A stretch of DNA of 64,000 nucleotides from Hyphomicrobiales bacterium (GCA_021775525.1 JAJFHQ010000097.1:244-64243), one strand, 5' to 3'; positions 20,520 through 31,208 are shown, numbered from the stretch's first letter. A program made the numbers and translations. The notes: generated by a model not told the origin, from the sequence alone.

Positions 20520-22913
20520 ATGCGACTCAATCTGAAGATGAAGCCCAAGCTTATCGCCGCATTCCTGATGATAGGTCTCATTCCTTTTGCCATAACCGGA
20601 TTGACCGTCCTGAATAAAACCAGCGTCGAGATAGAAGAACAGGCATTCCAAAAGCTCACTGCAATACGGGAAATCAAGAAGAGTGGCATCGAGCGATATT
20701 TCACCACCATTCGGGACCAGGTTCTCACGCTGTCGGAAGACACGATGATCATCGATGCGATGCAGGAATTCACCACTGCGATGAAATCGTTCCGGACAGA
20801 AAACAATCTATCCGATGAGAAGGTTGCTTCGATGGGCGTTGAGTTGAAGACCTATTACGACGGTCAGTTCGCGCCGGAATATGAGAAGCAGAATGATGGC
20901 GCTAAGGCCGACATCAACGCGATCTATCCCAAGCTCGATAAAGACAGCCTTGCCCTGCAATATCATTACATCCAGGCCAACAAGCATCCGCTCGGTGAAA
21001 AGCACAAGCTTGATGCCGCAAGCGACGGCTCCAACTACTCCAAAATTCACGCGAAGTATCATCCAGCAATCCGCGGCTTCCTGGAGAAATTCGGATATTA
21101 CGATATTTTCCTGGTCGATCCGCAATCAGGCGACATTGTTTATTCCGTTTTCAAGGAACTGGACTACACCACATCACTGGTAGACGGCCCCTATGCCAAG
21201 ACCAATTTCGCTGACGCCTTCCGAAAGGCGCGCGATTTGAAACAGCCCGGCCAGTTCGCCTTTGTCGATTTCAAGCAGTATCTGCCGTCTTACAGCGCGC
21301 CTGCGAGTTTTATTGCTTCGCCCATATTCGCGTCCGGCAGGATGGTCGGAGTTTTGATGTTCCAGATGCCCCTGGACCGGATTTCAGAAGTGATGAGCGA
21401 ACGCGCGGGCCTTGGCGAAACCGGCGAAACCTACCTTATCGGCTCCGACAATCTGATGCGCTCCGACTCCTATCTCGACCCCAAATATCATTCAGTGGTT
21501 TCCTCTTTCCGGCATCCGGAAAAGGGTAAGGTCGAAACCATAGCTGCTCAAAAGGCTTTGGCCGGCAAAAAAGGGGCTGAAATCGTGATCGATTACAACG
21601 GCAACCCTGTCCTGTCTTCCTATACACCCGTGGATATTCTGGGCACGAAATGGGCCATGATGGCAGAAATTGATGAGGCCGAGGCTTTTGTTGCTGAAAC
21701 ACATTTGAAGACACTAATGTCGATTATCGGCCTGATTGGTACAGCCGCCATCGCTGCATTCGGCTTTCTCATTGCCCGCAATTTTGCCAGCCCCATTTCC
21801 GCGATGACCGAAGCAATGCAAGCCCTGGCCGGCGGGAATAATGAAGTCGAAATTCCAGCACGGGGCCGTTCGGATGAAATAGGTGAAATGGCGGCAACAG
21901 TTCAGGTCTTCAAGGACAATGCGATTGAGATGAAGCACCTTGAGGCTGAGAAAGAAGAACACGAAAAGAATGCCCTTCGAGAGAAGACGGCAATGATGAA
22001 CAAGATGGCATCAGATTTCGAATCAAGCGTCGGTAATATAGTTGAAGCAGTTGCCTCAGCTGCCACGGAAATGCAGGCATCTTCTCAATCCATGACTTCA
22101 ATCGCTGGGGAAAGCCGGGACAAGTCAATGGCAGTCGCTTCAGCCTCAGAAGAAGCGTCGAGCAATGTGCAGACAGTCGCGACAGCAGCTGAAGAACTCT
22201 CCAGCTCCATTGCCGAGATCAACCGCCAGGTATTACAGTCTTCCGAGGTTGCTGCTCGTGCCGTCAATGGCGCGAAACAAACCGATGAGAGTATCCGCGG
22301 CCTCGTGGAGACCACCAATGCGATTGGCGAGGTCGTGAACATGATCACGGAAATCGCCGACCAGACAAACCTGCTGGCACTGAACGCCACCATTGAGGCC
22401 GCACGGGCCGGCGAGGCTGGCAAAGGCTTTGCCGTGGTGGCTTCGGAAGTGAAGGACCTTGCCGCGCAGACTTCAAAAGCAACGGAACAGATCGCAGCGC
22501 AAATTACTGAAATTCAGGACTCGACCGGCGATGCAGTGGGGGCCATCCAGGAGATCACAAAGACCATCGGTGAGATGGACAAAATCTCAACCAGCATCGC
22601 CTCATCAGTTGAACAACAAGGCGCGGCAACTTCAGAGATTGCCCGCAATGTCGAACAGGCGGCAGCAGGCACACGAGAGGTTGCCACCAATATCGACGGA
22701 GTAAGCCAAGCAGCGGGCGAGACCGGCGATGCGGCAGCCGAAATCAACGGCGCGGCAGGCGAGCTTTCCCAGCAGGCCGAACACCTGAAGAGCGAGGTTT
22801 CGACCTTCCTGAAAGACGTTCGCGAAGGACCTGGTGACCGCCGTGAAAGTGACGACCTGAATTATATAGGACCGGAGAGGCGCGCTGAGAATAGGCAAAC
22901 CGAAGCCGCTTGA
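20520..22913 (+). CDS. methyl-accepting chemotaxis protein with a large periplasmic Cache-like sensor, HAMP and MCP signalling domain
   Basis: It has TM1 (residues ~9-31), a periplasmic region of about 360 aa, TM2 ([21 protein letters not shown]) and a HAMP domain. It also carries the highly conserved MCP hairpin ([37 protein letters not shown]). A GGAGA SD lies 9 nt upstream. GC is lower than in the flanks. Confidence 0.9.
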   Translation: MRLNLKMKPKLIAAFLMIGLIPFAITGLTVLNKTSVEIEEQAFQKLTAIREIKKSGIERYFTTIRDQVLTLSEDTMIIDAMQEFTTAMKSFRTENNLSDEKVASMGVELKTYYDGQFAPEYEKQNDGAKADINAIYPKLDKDSLALQYHYIQANKHPLGEKHKLDAASDGSNYSKIHAKYHPAIRGFLEKFGYYDIFLVDPQSGDIVYSVFKELDYTTSLVDGPYAKTNFADAFRKARDLKQPGQFAFVDFKQYLPSYSAPASFIASPIFASGRMVGVLMFQMPLDRISEVMSERAGLGETGETYLIGSDNLMRSDSYLDPKYHSVVSSFRHPEKGKVETIAAQKALAGKKGAEIVIDYNGNPVLSSYTPVDILGTKWAMMAEIDEAEAFVAETHLKTLMSIIGLIGTAAIAAFGFLIARNFASPISAMTEAMQALAGGNNEVEIPARGRSDEIGEMAATVQVFKDNAIEMKHLEAEKEEHEKNALREKTAMMNKMASDFESSVGNIVEAVASAATEMQASSQSMTSIAGESRDKSMAVASASEEASSNVQTVATAAEELSSSIAEINRQVLQSSEVAARAVNGAKQTDESIRGLVETTNAIGEVVNMITEIADQTNLLALNATIEAARAGEAGKGFAVVASEVKDLAAQTSKATEQIAAQITEIQDSTGDAVGAIQEITKTIGEMDKISTSIASSVEQQGAATSEIARNVEQAAAGTREVATNIDGVSQAAGETGDAAAEINGAAGELSQQAEHLKSEVSTFLKDVREGPGDRRESDDLNYIGPERRAENRQTEAA

Positions 22914-23012
22914 TACTCTGGCTCCGACCTGGATTGTAAAGTCCGCCGCGAACGAAAAGAAATCATTGGCGGCGGGCAGCCACCACAATACCCGAAATAG
23001 ATGGAAGTGCCG

Positions 23013-24005
23013 CTAACGGCTGAGCCTGGAGTTTGCCCGGAAGGCGAAACCGGCTACCGAAGGCTTGGCCGGTGCAAAACCGAAGGTTCTGCCCTGACCG
23101 ATTGTCGCCTGGGAAGCCGCTGTTGAAGCCTGGGAGGGCACAGATGAAGCCTGGGTCTGGTGTTTCGCCACGCTCTGATTGGGCGCCGTGCTCTTGGCTT
23201 CCTGGTACATCGGCGCCCTTGGAATGGCCTCAACCGGCAGACGCTCATACTTGGGACAGGCTGCCGTCGGATCGCTCGGTGCCTTGCCGTTGACGAAGTT
23301 CACATTGACCAGGTAGCGCCGCTCGCACACATCCACCTTGGGCGGCAACCGAGTCTCTTCGAAATCCTTGTAGCCCTGGTACAGATTATTGCGCCAGAAG
23401 GCATAGTGCTTGTTGCGGGCGTGGCGGCGCATATTCTCAACCGTCATACGGAACGGCAGCGCCTGAACGTCAAATGCCTCCTGTCCGCCAGTGAAGGCTT
23501 CACGCGCCATCGCGTAAATTTCCTCGATCAACGCATCTGTCATGGCGTAGCAGCCAGCGGAGCGACAATCGCCATGCACCATCAGATATTTGCCGGTGCG
23601 CTTGTGCGCCTTGTCGAAAGCATTGGGAAAGCCAAGATTGAACGACAGGTGATAGGAACTGTTCGGGTTCATCAGCTTGTTGGAAACTTTATAGAAGCCC
23701 TCGGGCGCCTGCTTGTCGCCAACTTTGTATTTGGGGCCAAGTCCGCCCGACCAGTTACAGATCGGATAGGTTTTGAAATGGTGGAAGCGGCCATCGTCCT
23801 TGGCCTTCCAGATTTCCAACTCATTCTCTTCTTTAAAGATGCGCACCATGATGGGGGCATCCTCGCGCATATCCTTTTGCGCGAGCAAAGCCTTCGCCTG
23901 AGCCGGAATCGGCTTCATATGCGGCGGCACCACCTGACTGCAACCAGCAAGCCAGATGGCAGAAGACGCCGCAAGCAGCAATGACCGTTTAACGGATCGA
24001 TCCAT
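23013..24005 (-). CDS. L,D-transpeptidase family lipoprotein (YkuD/YafK-like)
   Basis: The likely start is ATG 24005. It has a lipobox LLAASSAIWLAGC and a YkuD-type active-site context LMVHGDCRSAGCYAMTD. The tail is S/T/A/Q-rich. Confidence 0.8.
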   Translation of the reverse strand: MDRSVKRSLLLAASSAIWLAGCSQVVPPHMKPIPAQAKALLAQKDMREDAPIMVRIFKEENELEIWKAKDDGRFHHFKTYPICNWSGGLGPKYKVGDKQAPEGFYKVSNKLMNPNSSYHLSFNLGFPNAFDKAHKRTGKYLMVHGDCRSAGCYAMTDALIEEIYAMAREAFTGGQEAFDVQALPFRMTVENMRRHARNKHYAFWRNNLYQGYKDFEETRLPPKVDVCERRYLVNVNFVNGKAPSDPTAACPKYERLPVEAIPRAPMYQEAKSTAPNQSVAKHQTQASSVPSQASTAASQATIGQGRTFGFAPAKPSVAGFAFRANSRLSR

Positions 24006-24302
24006 TGATAGTGCCCCTAATGCACAAAGCTCACCATCCAATAGGACAGGTTAATACGAAGTTAAGTGTGAGCGAAAGACATAGTGTTGTCTCGTCTTTT
24101 CACTTGCAATCCACAATATGGTGAACGCTCAGGGTGCAGGTATGACCCCATCTGGGTAATTTGGGGCCGATTTTGCGGCAATTGCAATGATTTGGCCAAG
24201 TTTACCCTGGCCACAATTTGCCGCACACCACGCTGACCCGGTGCCATGTGCACACCAGTCCAAGACCCCTGTTTTGGCAGGGTTCTGCTGATCTTTGAGC
24301 CC

Positions 24303-24647
24303 CTAGCTCTTGCAGGGCTGGGCGGTGACCTTGCAACGCCATCCACCCCTGCGTGCTTTGTTACACGAAACGGATTTGCCCTGCGCCAGGGAGTATTTCC
24401 CCCAGGCCTTGCCATATTCCCACACGGTAAAGCCGGACCAGCGCTTCACTGCGGCGGCCTTTGCCGCGCTCTTGCTCGCTCCATGTCCGCGTCCGTGATG
24501 ATTATGTGAACCAAGAAGCACACGGCAGACCTTGCCGTTGTCCCCTTTTTGACCCCAGGAAATAGCTTCCGCGGGGGATGTATCAAGCAGGGTGGGCAGA
24601 GCGCACACCACTGCAACCAGGCCATACTTCAAAACACGATTGACCAT
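24303..24647 (-). CDS. hypothetical small secreted protein (Cys/Trp/Lys-rich)
   Basis: 114 aa with a clear signal peptide (MVNRVLKYGLVAVVCALPTLLDTSPAEA). The mature part has 4 Cys and an HNHHGRGHG patch. I recognise no family. Confidence 0.55.
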   Translation of the reverse strand: MVNRVLKYGLVAVVCALPTLLDTSPAEAISWGQKGDNGKVCRVLLGSHNHHGRGHGASKSAAKAAAVKRWSGFTVWEYGKAWGKYSLAQGKSVSCNKARRGGWRCKVTAQPCKS

Positions 24648-24870
24648 GTTGTCACCAACTCTGTTACTGGATCTTCTGTTTACAAACCTCTCATTTCAGT
24701 TGAAGCGCCCCCGCAGCAATCCAAGTGGGCTGGAGCTTCAAGAACTATTCTAAGTTGATTTCATATGGGAGTTGAAGGCGGCAAAGTGTTTCAGGCGCAC
24801 TATTTTTTGCACCTGTGGCAGAATTCACACGGCTCGCAAATGGGCGTTTCCGGTCAATCTGTCAGGAAAA

Positions 24871-25503
24871 TCAGCCACATGACGTGGAACAGGGTACCGG
24901 TGTTCGGGTTATCTTGCCCTTCATCACGTTGACCACCTCTTTAAAGCAGGCATTCCCCTCCTGCACGATGCGGATGATCCGGGTCGTACCCTGCATGACC
25001 TGGCATTTCGTGGTACCGGCCAGCTCCATCCGGGGCACATCCCGCCCCGGGCGGTCAACGGGGGAATAAGGCACAGCGCTCGCATAGGCCCTGCCGATGA
25101 GCGAGAGAGAGGAAACGGCAGAGGCCGTTTTCAGCCGCTCAAGAGAAATCCATTCCACGATCCGGTCCGTGGCAGGCGCCACGACCTCGATCAGAACGTC
25201 GCCGTTGGTGCAGGCGCCAACCTTCACGAGCGTATCTTCAGCCGTTTTGACCTGCTGGTAGTCGATGTTCTGGGCGCAGGCAAAATTCTTTATCCACAGC
25301 CGTTGCTGCTCTTCGGCATGCTTCACCGCGCCGAACTCGATGTCGTAGACAAAAGCCTTGTAGTAGTCGAGGCCTGTGGGAATGGCACCAATGAGCGCGC
25401 CAATCACCGTTGGATAGAGAAACAGTCGCTGCCACCATCTGCGGTTGCCCGTGGATGATGAAAGGGACAGCTCAGCGCCGTCAAGCGTCTTCCTTTTGGA
25501 CAT
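24871..25503 (-). CDS. hypothetical single-pass membrane protein
   Basis: 210 aa with one N-terminal TM helix (LFLYPTVIGALIGAIPTGL) followed by a soluble domain with 6 Cys. I recognise no family. Confidence 0.55.
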   Translation of the reverse strand: MSKRKTLDGAELSLSSSTGNRRWWQRLFLYPTVIGALIGAIPTGLDYYKAFVYDIEFGAVKHAEEQQRLWIKNFACAQNIDYQQVKTAEDTLVKVGACTNGDVLIEVVAPATDRIVEWISLERLKTASAVSSLSLIGRAYASAVPYSPVDRPGRDVPRMELAGTTKCQVMQGTTRIIRIVQEGNACFKEVVNVMKGKITRTPVPCSTSCG

Positions 25504-25590
25504 ATCACGCTCTCCATTCAGGCTCAGGACACCGGGGCATCATAAATTGGAAGCAAAGTTGGCCGCAATGAGGCCTGGCTCGCCGAACCC

Positions 25591-26547
25591 CTAAAGCTGT
25601 TCGCCGATGTCGAGATATTTCTTGCGGCGTGCGGCGCGGATGTCATCCCCACTCATGCCGTCGAATTCTGACAGGGCTGATGCCAGCGCCTCACCCGTGT
25701 CGGCAATGGTACGTGCCGGATCACGATGAGCGCCGCCGAGAGGCTCGGGCACAATGTCATCGATGATCCCGAATTCGCGCAAATCCTGGGCCGTGATTTT
25801 CATATTGGTCGCCGCATCCTTGGCGCGTCCGGAATCATGCCACAGGATCGACGCGGCGGCCTCGGGTGACGCCACAGTGTAAATGGAATGCTGCAGCATG
25901 ATCACCCGGTCAGCGGTAGCAATGGCGACAGCGCCGCCCGAGCCGCCCTCGCCGATAACGGCGGCGATGATCGGCACGCGCAAATTCAGACAGCATTCGA
26001 TGGAGCGCGCAATAGCTTCCGCCTGGCCGCGCTCTTCAGCACCAATACCAGGATAAGCACCCGCGGTATCAACCAGCGTGATGACCGGAACGTTGAACCT
26101 GTCGGCAAGCTCCATCAACCGGATGGCCTTGCGGTAACCCTCTGGCCGGGCCATGCCGAAATTATGCTTCAACCGGCTTTCGGTATCGGAACCCTTCTCC
26201 TGGCCGATGACCATGACCGGGCGGCCCTGAAAACGGCCAAGCCCGCCGATCATTGCATGGTCCTCGGAGAAGTAGCGATCTCCGGCGAGCGGCGTAAATT
26301 CTTTCAGCAGCGCATTGAGATAATCCACGAAGTGGGGACGCTGCGGGTGGCGGGCAACTTGCGTCTTCTGCCACGGGCTGAGCTTGGCATAGGTGCTCTG
26401 AAGCGCGTCATTGGTTTTGGCTTCGAGCTTGGCAATCTCATCGGTGAAGGAAATATCCTCACCGCTGCCGGTGAGCGCGCGAAGCTCAGCAACCTTGTTT
26501 TCCAGCTCGGCGATGGTTTTCTCGAAATCGAGATAAGTACGCATCAT
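25591..26547 (-). CDS. accA: acetyl-CoA carboxylase carboxyltransferase subunit alpha
   Basis: 318 aa. The N-terminus is [19 protein letters not shown], and it carries the carboxyltransferase motifs ([32 protein letters not shown]). Confidence 0.96.
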   Translation of the reverse strand: MMRTYLDFEKTIAELENKVAELRALTGSGEDISFTDEIAKLEAKTNDALQSTYAKLSPWQKTQVARHPQRPHFVDYLNALLKEFTPLAGDRYFSEDHAMIGGLGRFQGRPVMVIGQEKGSDTESRLKHNFGMARPEGYRKAIRLMELADRFNVPVITLVDTAGAYPGIGAEERGQAEAIARSIECCLNLRVPIIAAVIGEGGSGGAVAIATADRVIMLQHSIYTVASPEAAASILWHDSGRAKDAATNMKITAQDLREFGIIDDIVPEPLGGAHRDPARTIADTGEALASALSEFDGMSGDDIRAARRKKYLDIGEQL

Positions 26548-26682
26548 GTCTACTTCTCAGCCCGCATTATGGTCGATTATACGAAATTACGTCCGCACAC
26601 GTGACTCATAATTCAATTGTGGCGGTTCCATGACCGCTGTGAAGCCCTTGTGGAGAGTTATTCACACCCCTGGCCCGGGATA

Positions 26683-27648
26683 TTAACCCCCATTGCTGCC
26701 GCGCGCCAGCGGATGATGCTGGTGCACGAGGGTGCGCAGACGCTCCTCGAGGACATGGGTATAGATCTGGGTGGTGGAAATATCTGCATGACCCAGCAAC
26801 TGCTGCACTGATTTGAGGTCCGCGCCGCGCTCCAGTAAATGACTGGCGAAGGCGTGGCGCAGGACATGCGGTGACACGCCCCTGCCATCAAGGCCCGCAG
26901 CATGTGCCAGTTCCTTCAACTCCTGGGTGAAACGCTGGCGCGTGAGGTGTCCTTGGGCGCTGCGCGAGGGAAACAGCCATTTGGACCTCGCATCCGCCCC
27001 GCCCGTTTCATCAAGCGCCTCGGCGTAATCGGTGTGGGTCGCAATGGCCTTGTTGGTCAAGGGAACAAGACGCTCGCGCCCACCTTTTCCGCGCACCATG
27101 ATGACACGCTCTCCGCGACTCAGCGCCGAGCGGGGAAGGGAAACGAGTTCACTTACCCGCAATCCCGACGCGTAAAGAATTTCCATCAGGCAATGCAGCC
27201 GCAGAGCCTTGAGCCGCTTTTTCCCGCGCGCGGCGGCGGCACGCTGCTCGGCCATTTTCAGCAATGCATCTACATCTGCAACGCTCAGCACCTTGGGTAG
27301 GGGCTTCGCCGGCTTGGGGCTTTCGATGGAGGCCGCAGGATCATCAGAGCGCGAGCCTTCTGCATAAAGAAAGCGGAAGAACTGGCGCAGCGCCGACAGC
27401 TTGCGGGCCCGCGAGGATGCGGCGAGACCGCGGCCCCCCAATGTCTGCAAATAGGAGACGATATCATCGGCCGCGGCGCTTGAAGAATCGCCCCCCCGCG
27501 CTTTAACCACGTTCAGAAAATCTTCCAGATCGCGCCGGTATGCCGCCAGCGTATTGGCTGCAGCGCCGCGCTCGGCGCTCAGCATTTCCAGAAATGCATC
27601 CAGATGAAGCGCGCTATTGCCGCTGGGCTGTGTGCCGGTTTTGTTCAT
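26683..27648 (-). CDS. xerD: site-specific tyrosine recombinase XerD
   Basis: 321 aa with C-terminal catalytic motifs HVLRHAFASHLLERGADLKSVQQLLGHADISTTQIYTHV. It sits in a chromosomal context (accA/aroK), not next to a mobile element. Confidence 0.9.
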   Translation of the reverse strand: MNKTGTQPSGNSALHLDAFLEMLSAERGAAANTLAAYRRDLEDFLNVVKARGGDSSSAAADDIVSYLQTLGGRGLAASSRARKLSALRQFFRFLYAEGSRSDDPAASIESPKPAKPLPKVLSVADVDALLKMAEQRAAAARGKKRLKALRLHCLMEILYASGLRVSELVSLPRSALSRGERVIMVRGKGGRERLVPLTNKAIATHTDYAEALDETGGADARSKWLFPSRSAQGHLTRQRFTQELKELAHAAGLDGRGVSPHVLRHAFASHLLERGADLKSVQQLLGHADISTTQIYTHVLEERLRTLVHQHHPLARGSNGG

Positions 27649-27696
27649 AACCGCGCCCTCCGCCCGGGATCGCGTAACCGAATGCTGATACCTGGG

Positions 27697-27843
27697 TCAG
27701 TTTCGTTGCAGTTTCAGATTCCGCACCGGTTTGCTGATTTCTTTCGGCTCCGGCTCGAAATAGGTGGCCAGCACATAGAGTGTTCCACCAGTGATCCCGC
27801 CAAGGACGGCCAAAACAAAAAGAAATCGTAACAGGCTTGGCAT
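27697..27843 (-). CDS. candidate 48-aa single-TM small protein (not in the ORF track)
   Basis: My own translation from ATG 27843 reads MPSLLRFLFVLAVLGGITGGTLYVLATYFEPEPKEISKPVRNLKLQRN, with stop TGA at 27699-27697. It has one clean hydrophobic helix and lies between xerD and the divergent aroK. Track ORF 27714..28052 is in another frame and looks non-coding. Confidence 0.4.
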   Translation of the reverse strand: MPSLLRFLFVLAVLGGITGGTLYVLATYFEPEPKEISKPVRNLKLQRN

Positions 27844-28013
27844 TTATAAAATTTCACCGCCGCGATAAGTTTGCAATTGTCCTTGGTGTCCTGAGATACC
27901 ACATATCGAGATACTTGCCGCCTCAGGATCCGTTGGGCTATTCCGATAGGTATCAATTGAACGGCAAAGTAGAAGACGTTGCGGCCCTCTTGCAACTTGT
28001 ATGAAGCCTTAGT

Positions 28014-28622
28014 GTGGATGAAAGAAGCTTTAACATGCCGTCCAGAGTCCAATCACGCAAGCGCGCTGACAATGAAAGCAAGTCCAGGTCTATTCGCAAC
28101 AGCCTGGGAGACCGGAGCGTGGTACTGATCGGACTGATGGGGGCTGGCAAAACCGCGATAGGCCGCCGTCTTGCCACCCGGTTGGGCTTGGACTTTGTCG
28201 ATGCGGATACGGAAATTGAAAGCGCTGCCGGTAAAAGCATCTCCGACATCTTCACTGATCACGGAGAGGAGTATTTCCGCGATGGCGAACGACGGGTGAT
28301 CGCCCGGCTGCTCGGCGAAGGACCGCAAGTACTTGCAACAGGCGGCGGTGCCTATATGAATGACGAGACGAGAAACACGATTGCTGAAAGCGGTGTTTCA
28401 GTATGGCTGAAAGCCGATTTGAAAGTCCTGCTGGAACGGGTCGTCAGGCGCGATCACAGGCCATTGCTGAAGACCGATGACCCGAAAGTGGTGATGAAGC
28501 GCTTGATGGATGAACGTTACCCGGTCTATTCCAGCTCGGATATCACTGTGAAAAGCCGCGACGTGCCCCACGAGGTCATCGTGAGTGAGATTATATCCGC
28601 ACTGGACAGATGCCTGCGCTGA
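28014..28622 (+). CDS. aroK: shikimate kinase
   Basis: It has a P-loop LIGLMGAGKTAIGRRLA and the context LDFVDADTEIE. The start is GTG 28014 or ATG 28035. Confidence 0.92.
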   Translation: MDERSFNMPSRVQSRKRADNESKSRSIRNSLGDRSVVLIGLMGAGKTAIGRRLATRLGLDFVDADTEIESAAGKSISDIFTDHGEEYFRDGERRVIARLLGEGPQVLATGGGAYMNDETRNTIAESGVSVWLKADLKVLLERVVRRDHRPLLKTDDPKVVMKRLMDERYPVYSSSDITVKSRDVPHEVIVSEIISALDRCLR

Positions 28623-28667
28623 AACAGGCGATGTTGAAATTGATATCGAGAGGTTGACGCGGTCCCG

Positions 28668-29813
28668 ATGGACGCGGAGCCAGATTTACCAGAGAACGTC
28701 ACCAACCTGCGCACCGTGGCGGTGGGCCTGGGCGACCGTAGCTATGACATCGTCATTGGCGGTGGGTTGCTGGGCCATGCGGGCGCGTTAATCGCGCGCC
28801 ACCACGGCACGTCGAAATGCGTCATCGTCACCGACACCAATGTTGCGGGGGCTCACCTCGAAACACTCTCATCCGGTCTTGGCGATGCCTGCCCCCTTGC
28901 CGGCACGATCACGCTCAACCCGGGCGAGGCCACCAAATGTTTCTCCGAGCTTGCCAGCCTGAGCGAACGCCTGCTTGAGCTGGGGATCGAGCGCGGTGAT
29001 CTGATTCTCGCTTTTGGTGGCGGGGTGATCGGTGACCTGGCAGGCTTTGCCGCAAGTATTTTGCGCCGCGGTGTAAATTTCGTGCAAATACCCACGTCCC
29101 TGCTTGCGCAGGTGGACTCCTCCGTTGGCGGCAAGACCGGCATCAACATGCCCCAGGGCAAGAATCTTATCGGCGCCTTCTACCAGCCACGCCTGGTCAT
29201 TGCCGACACAGATGTGCTGGAAACCCTGCCCGAGCGCCAGTTCCGCGCCGGCTATGCCGAGATGGCCAAATACGGCCTGCTGGGTGACGAGGAGTTCTTT
29301 TCCTGGCTCGAGACAAACTGGAGCGATGTCTTTTCGGGTGGCGCGGCACGGACACAGGCAATCGAGACCTGCTGCAAGACCAAGGCGGCCATCGTCGAGG
29401 AAGATGAGCACGAGAAGGGCAATCGCGCCCTGCTTAACCTCGGACACACTTTCGGGCATGCGCTGGAAGGGTTTGCCGGATATTCGGAACGGCTACTGCA
29501 TGGCGAGGCAATTTCCATCGGCATGGCGCTGGCATTTGAATATTCGAACGAACTGGAATTGTGCAGGGGCCAGGATGCGCAACGCGCGATCCGGCATCTG
29601 GAAACGGTGGGGTTGCCGACAAATATTGGACAGATCCCCGGCGGTACGCCAACATCACCTCAACTGATGGACCTCATGGCGCAGGATAAAAAGGTGCAAG
29701 ACGGCGTGCTCCCCTTGATACTAACGCGCGGCATCGGCGAGGCTTATGTCGAGCGCAGCGTGGACATGAATAAATTGCAGGACTTCCTCACCCGCAAATG
29801 TAGTGGACAATGA
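28668..29813 (+). CDS. aroB: 3-dehydroquinate synthase
   Basis: 381 aa with the motifs GGGVIGDLAGFAA..., VQIPTSLLAQVDSSVGGKTGIN and LNLGHTFGHALE. It is downstream of aroK. Confidence 0.95.
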   Translation: MDAEPDLPENVTNLRTVAVGLGDRSYDIVIGGGLLGHAGALIARHHGTSKCVIVTDTNVAGAHLETLSSGLGDACPLAGTITLNPGEATKCFSELASLSERLLELGIERGDLILAFGGGVIGDLAGFAASILRRGVNFVQIPTSLLAQVDSSVGGKTGINMPQGKNLIGAFYQPRLVIADTDVLETLPERQFRAGYAEMAKYGLLGDEEFFSWLETNWSDVFSGGAARTQAIETCCKTKAAIVEEDEHEKGNRALLNLGHTFGHALEGFAGYSERLLHGEAISIGMALAFEYSNELELCRGQDAQRAIRHLETVGLPTNIGQIPGGTPTSPQLMDLMAQDKKVQDGVLPLILTRGIGEAYVERSVDMNKLQDFLTRKCSGQ

Positions 29814-31078
29814 CAATCGCAATCGCACTGACTGCCGGCACGATCGTGCTTCTCATATTCATCTCGGCTTTCTTTTCCGGCTCGGAAACAGCCCTCACCG
29901 CGGCGTCGCGCGCGCGCATGCATGCCCTTGAGCAGGACGGCTCAACCCGTGCCGCACTGGTGAGCCGTCTGATGGAAAACCCCGAGAACCTCATCGGGGC
30001 AATCCTGCTTGGCAACAACCTTGTCAACATCCTCGCTTCTGCGCTGGCAACCAGTCTGTTCCTGTCGCTGTTCGGCGAGGCGGGCGTGGTTTACGCGACC
30101 CTGGCGATGACCGCCCTGGTGCTGGTTTTCGGCGAGGTGATGCCCAAGACCTACGCGATCACCAATCCTGAACGCGCAGCCCTCATTATCGCACCGGTTA
30201 TTCGGGTGGCGGTTGCGCTGTTCGGCCCGGTGACCAATGCGGTCCAGATGATCGTGCGCTTTTTCTTCCGCATATTCGGACCCAATATTGCCGAAGGGGC
30301 CGCCGTGCTGTCGGCCCATGAGGAAATCAGGGGCGCCATTGATCTGCATCACAAGGAGGGCGGCGTCGTAAAACACGACCGGGATATGCTCGGTGGCGTG
30401 TTGGATTTGATGGCGCTGGAGGTTGAGGACGTCATGATCCACCGCACCGGCATGAATACCATCAATGCGGATGACACCCCCCAGGAGATCGTCTCCCAGG
30501 TTCTCTCAAGCGCATATACCCGGCTGCCTTTGTGGCAGAATGAGCCGGAAAATATTGTCGGTGTACTCCATGCCAAAACCCTGCTTCAGGCCGTGCATGA
30601 CACGGAAGGAAATCTCTCAAAACTTGACCCTCTCGCCATCGCCACGCCGCCCTGGTTCGTGCCTGATACCACGTCATTGAGGGCGCAACTCAATGCGTTT
30701 CTGAAGCGCAAGGAGCATTTCGCGCTGGTCGTTGATGAATATGGCGAAGTGCAGGGACTGGTGACGCTGGAAGACATTCTCGAAGAGATCGTGGGCGAGA
30801 TCACCGATGAGCATGACGAACTGGAAACCGGCATGCGCCCGCTCGGGGATGGGAGTGTCCAGGTCGACGGATCGGTACCAACGCGTGATCTGAACCGGGC
30901 CATGGACTGGGACCTGCCCGAGGATGAGGCAACTACCGTAGCCGGGCTGGTGATCCACAAATCACGAACCATTCCGCAACCCGGCCAGGCATTTACCTTC
31001 GACGGTTTCCGCTTCGAGGTACTGCGCCGCCACCGCAACAAGATTACTGCGCTGAAGGTGACTGAGCTGAAGAGGTAG
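29810..31078 (+). CDS. HlyC/CorC family transporter (CNNM TM domain, CBS pair, CorC_HlyC domain)
   Basis: 422 aa. The N-terminal DUF21/CNNM membrane region (FFSGSETALTA) is followed by a CBS pair and a C-terminal transporter-associated domain (FEVLRRHRNKITALKV). It overlaps the aroB stop by 4 nt. Confidence 0.88.
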   Translation: MTIAIALTAGTIVLLIFISAFFSGSETALTAASRARMHALEQDGSTRAALVSRLMENPENLIGAILLGNNLVNILASALATSLFLSLFGEAGVVYATLAMTALVLVFGEVMPKTYAITNPERAALIIAPVIRVAVALFGPVTNAVQMIVRFFFRIFGPNIAEGAAVLSAHEEIRGAIDLHHKEGGVVKHDRDMLGGVLDLMALEVEDVMIHRTGMNTINADDTPQEIVSQVLSSAYTRLPLWQNEPENIVGVLHAKTLLQAVHDTEGNLSKLDPLAIATPPWFVPDTTSLRAQLNAFLKRKEHFALVVDEYGEVQGLVTLEDILEEIVGEITDEHDELETGMRPLGDGSVQVDGSVPTRDLNRAMDWDLPEDEATTVAGLVIHKSRTIPQPGQAFTFDGFRFEVLRRHRNKITALKVTELKR

Positions 31079-31208
31079 CGGCGGAAGGAACACGAACTCC
31101 TTCTTCTAAACCTGATTGCCATTCAGTTTCATCTCGGTGTTTCATTGAGCAAGGCTTAAGCACTCACGCAAGTATGCGGTGTGCGAGGACAAATCTCGGG
31201 AGACTTCC

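Noticed and set aside
22943-22975. Hairpin CCGCCGC-N19-GCGGCGG between the convergent MCP and L,D-transpeptidase genes, considered as a bidirectional terminator
   Set aside because: The loop is long (19 nt) and there is no flanking U/A tract, so I cannot support it as an intrinsic terminator.
24062-24415. 117-aa minus-strand ORF overlapping the small secreted protein gene and the upstream spacer
   Set aside because: It is out of frame with, and largely overlaps, the better-supported signal-peptide ORF 24303..24647. Its translation is R/P/G-rich.
26683-27648. Tyrosine recombinase considered as a marker of a mobile element
   Set aside because: The sequence and context (accA, aroK-aroB) fit chromosomal XerD. 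There are no flanking repeats, cargo genes or compositional change.
27714-28052. 112-aa minus-strand ORF spanning the xerD-aroK spacer and the start of aroK
   Set aside because: It overlaps aroK antisense and has an implausible composition. A different frame gives the more credible 48-aa TM ORF (27697..27843).
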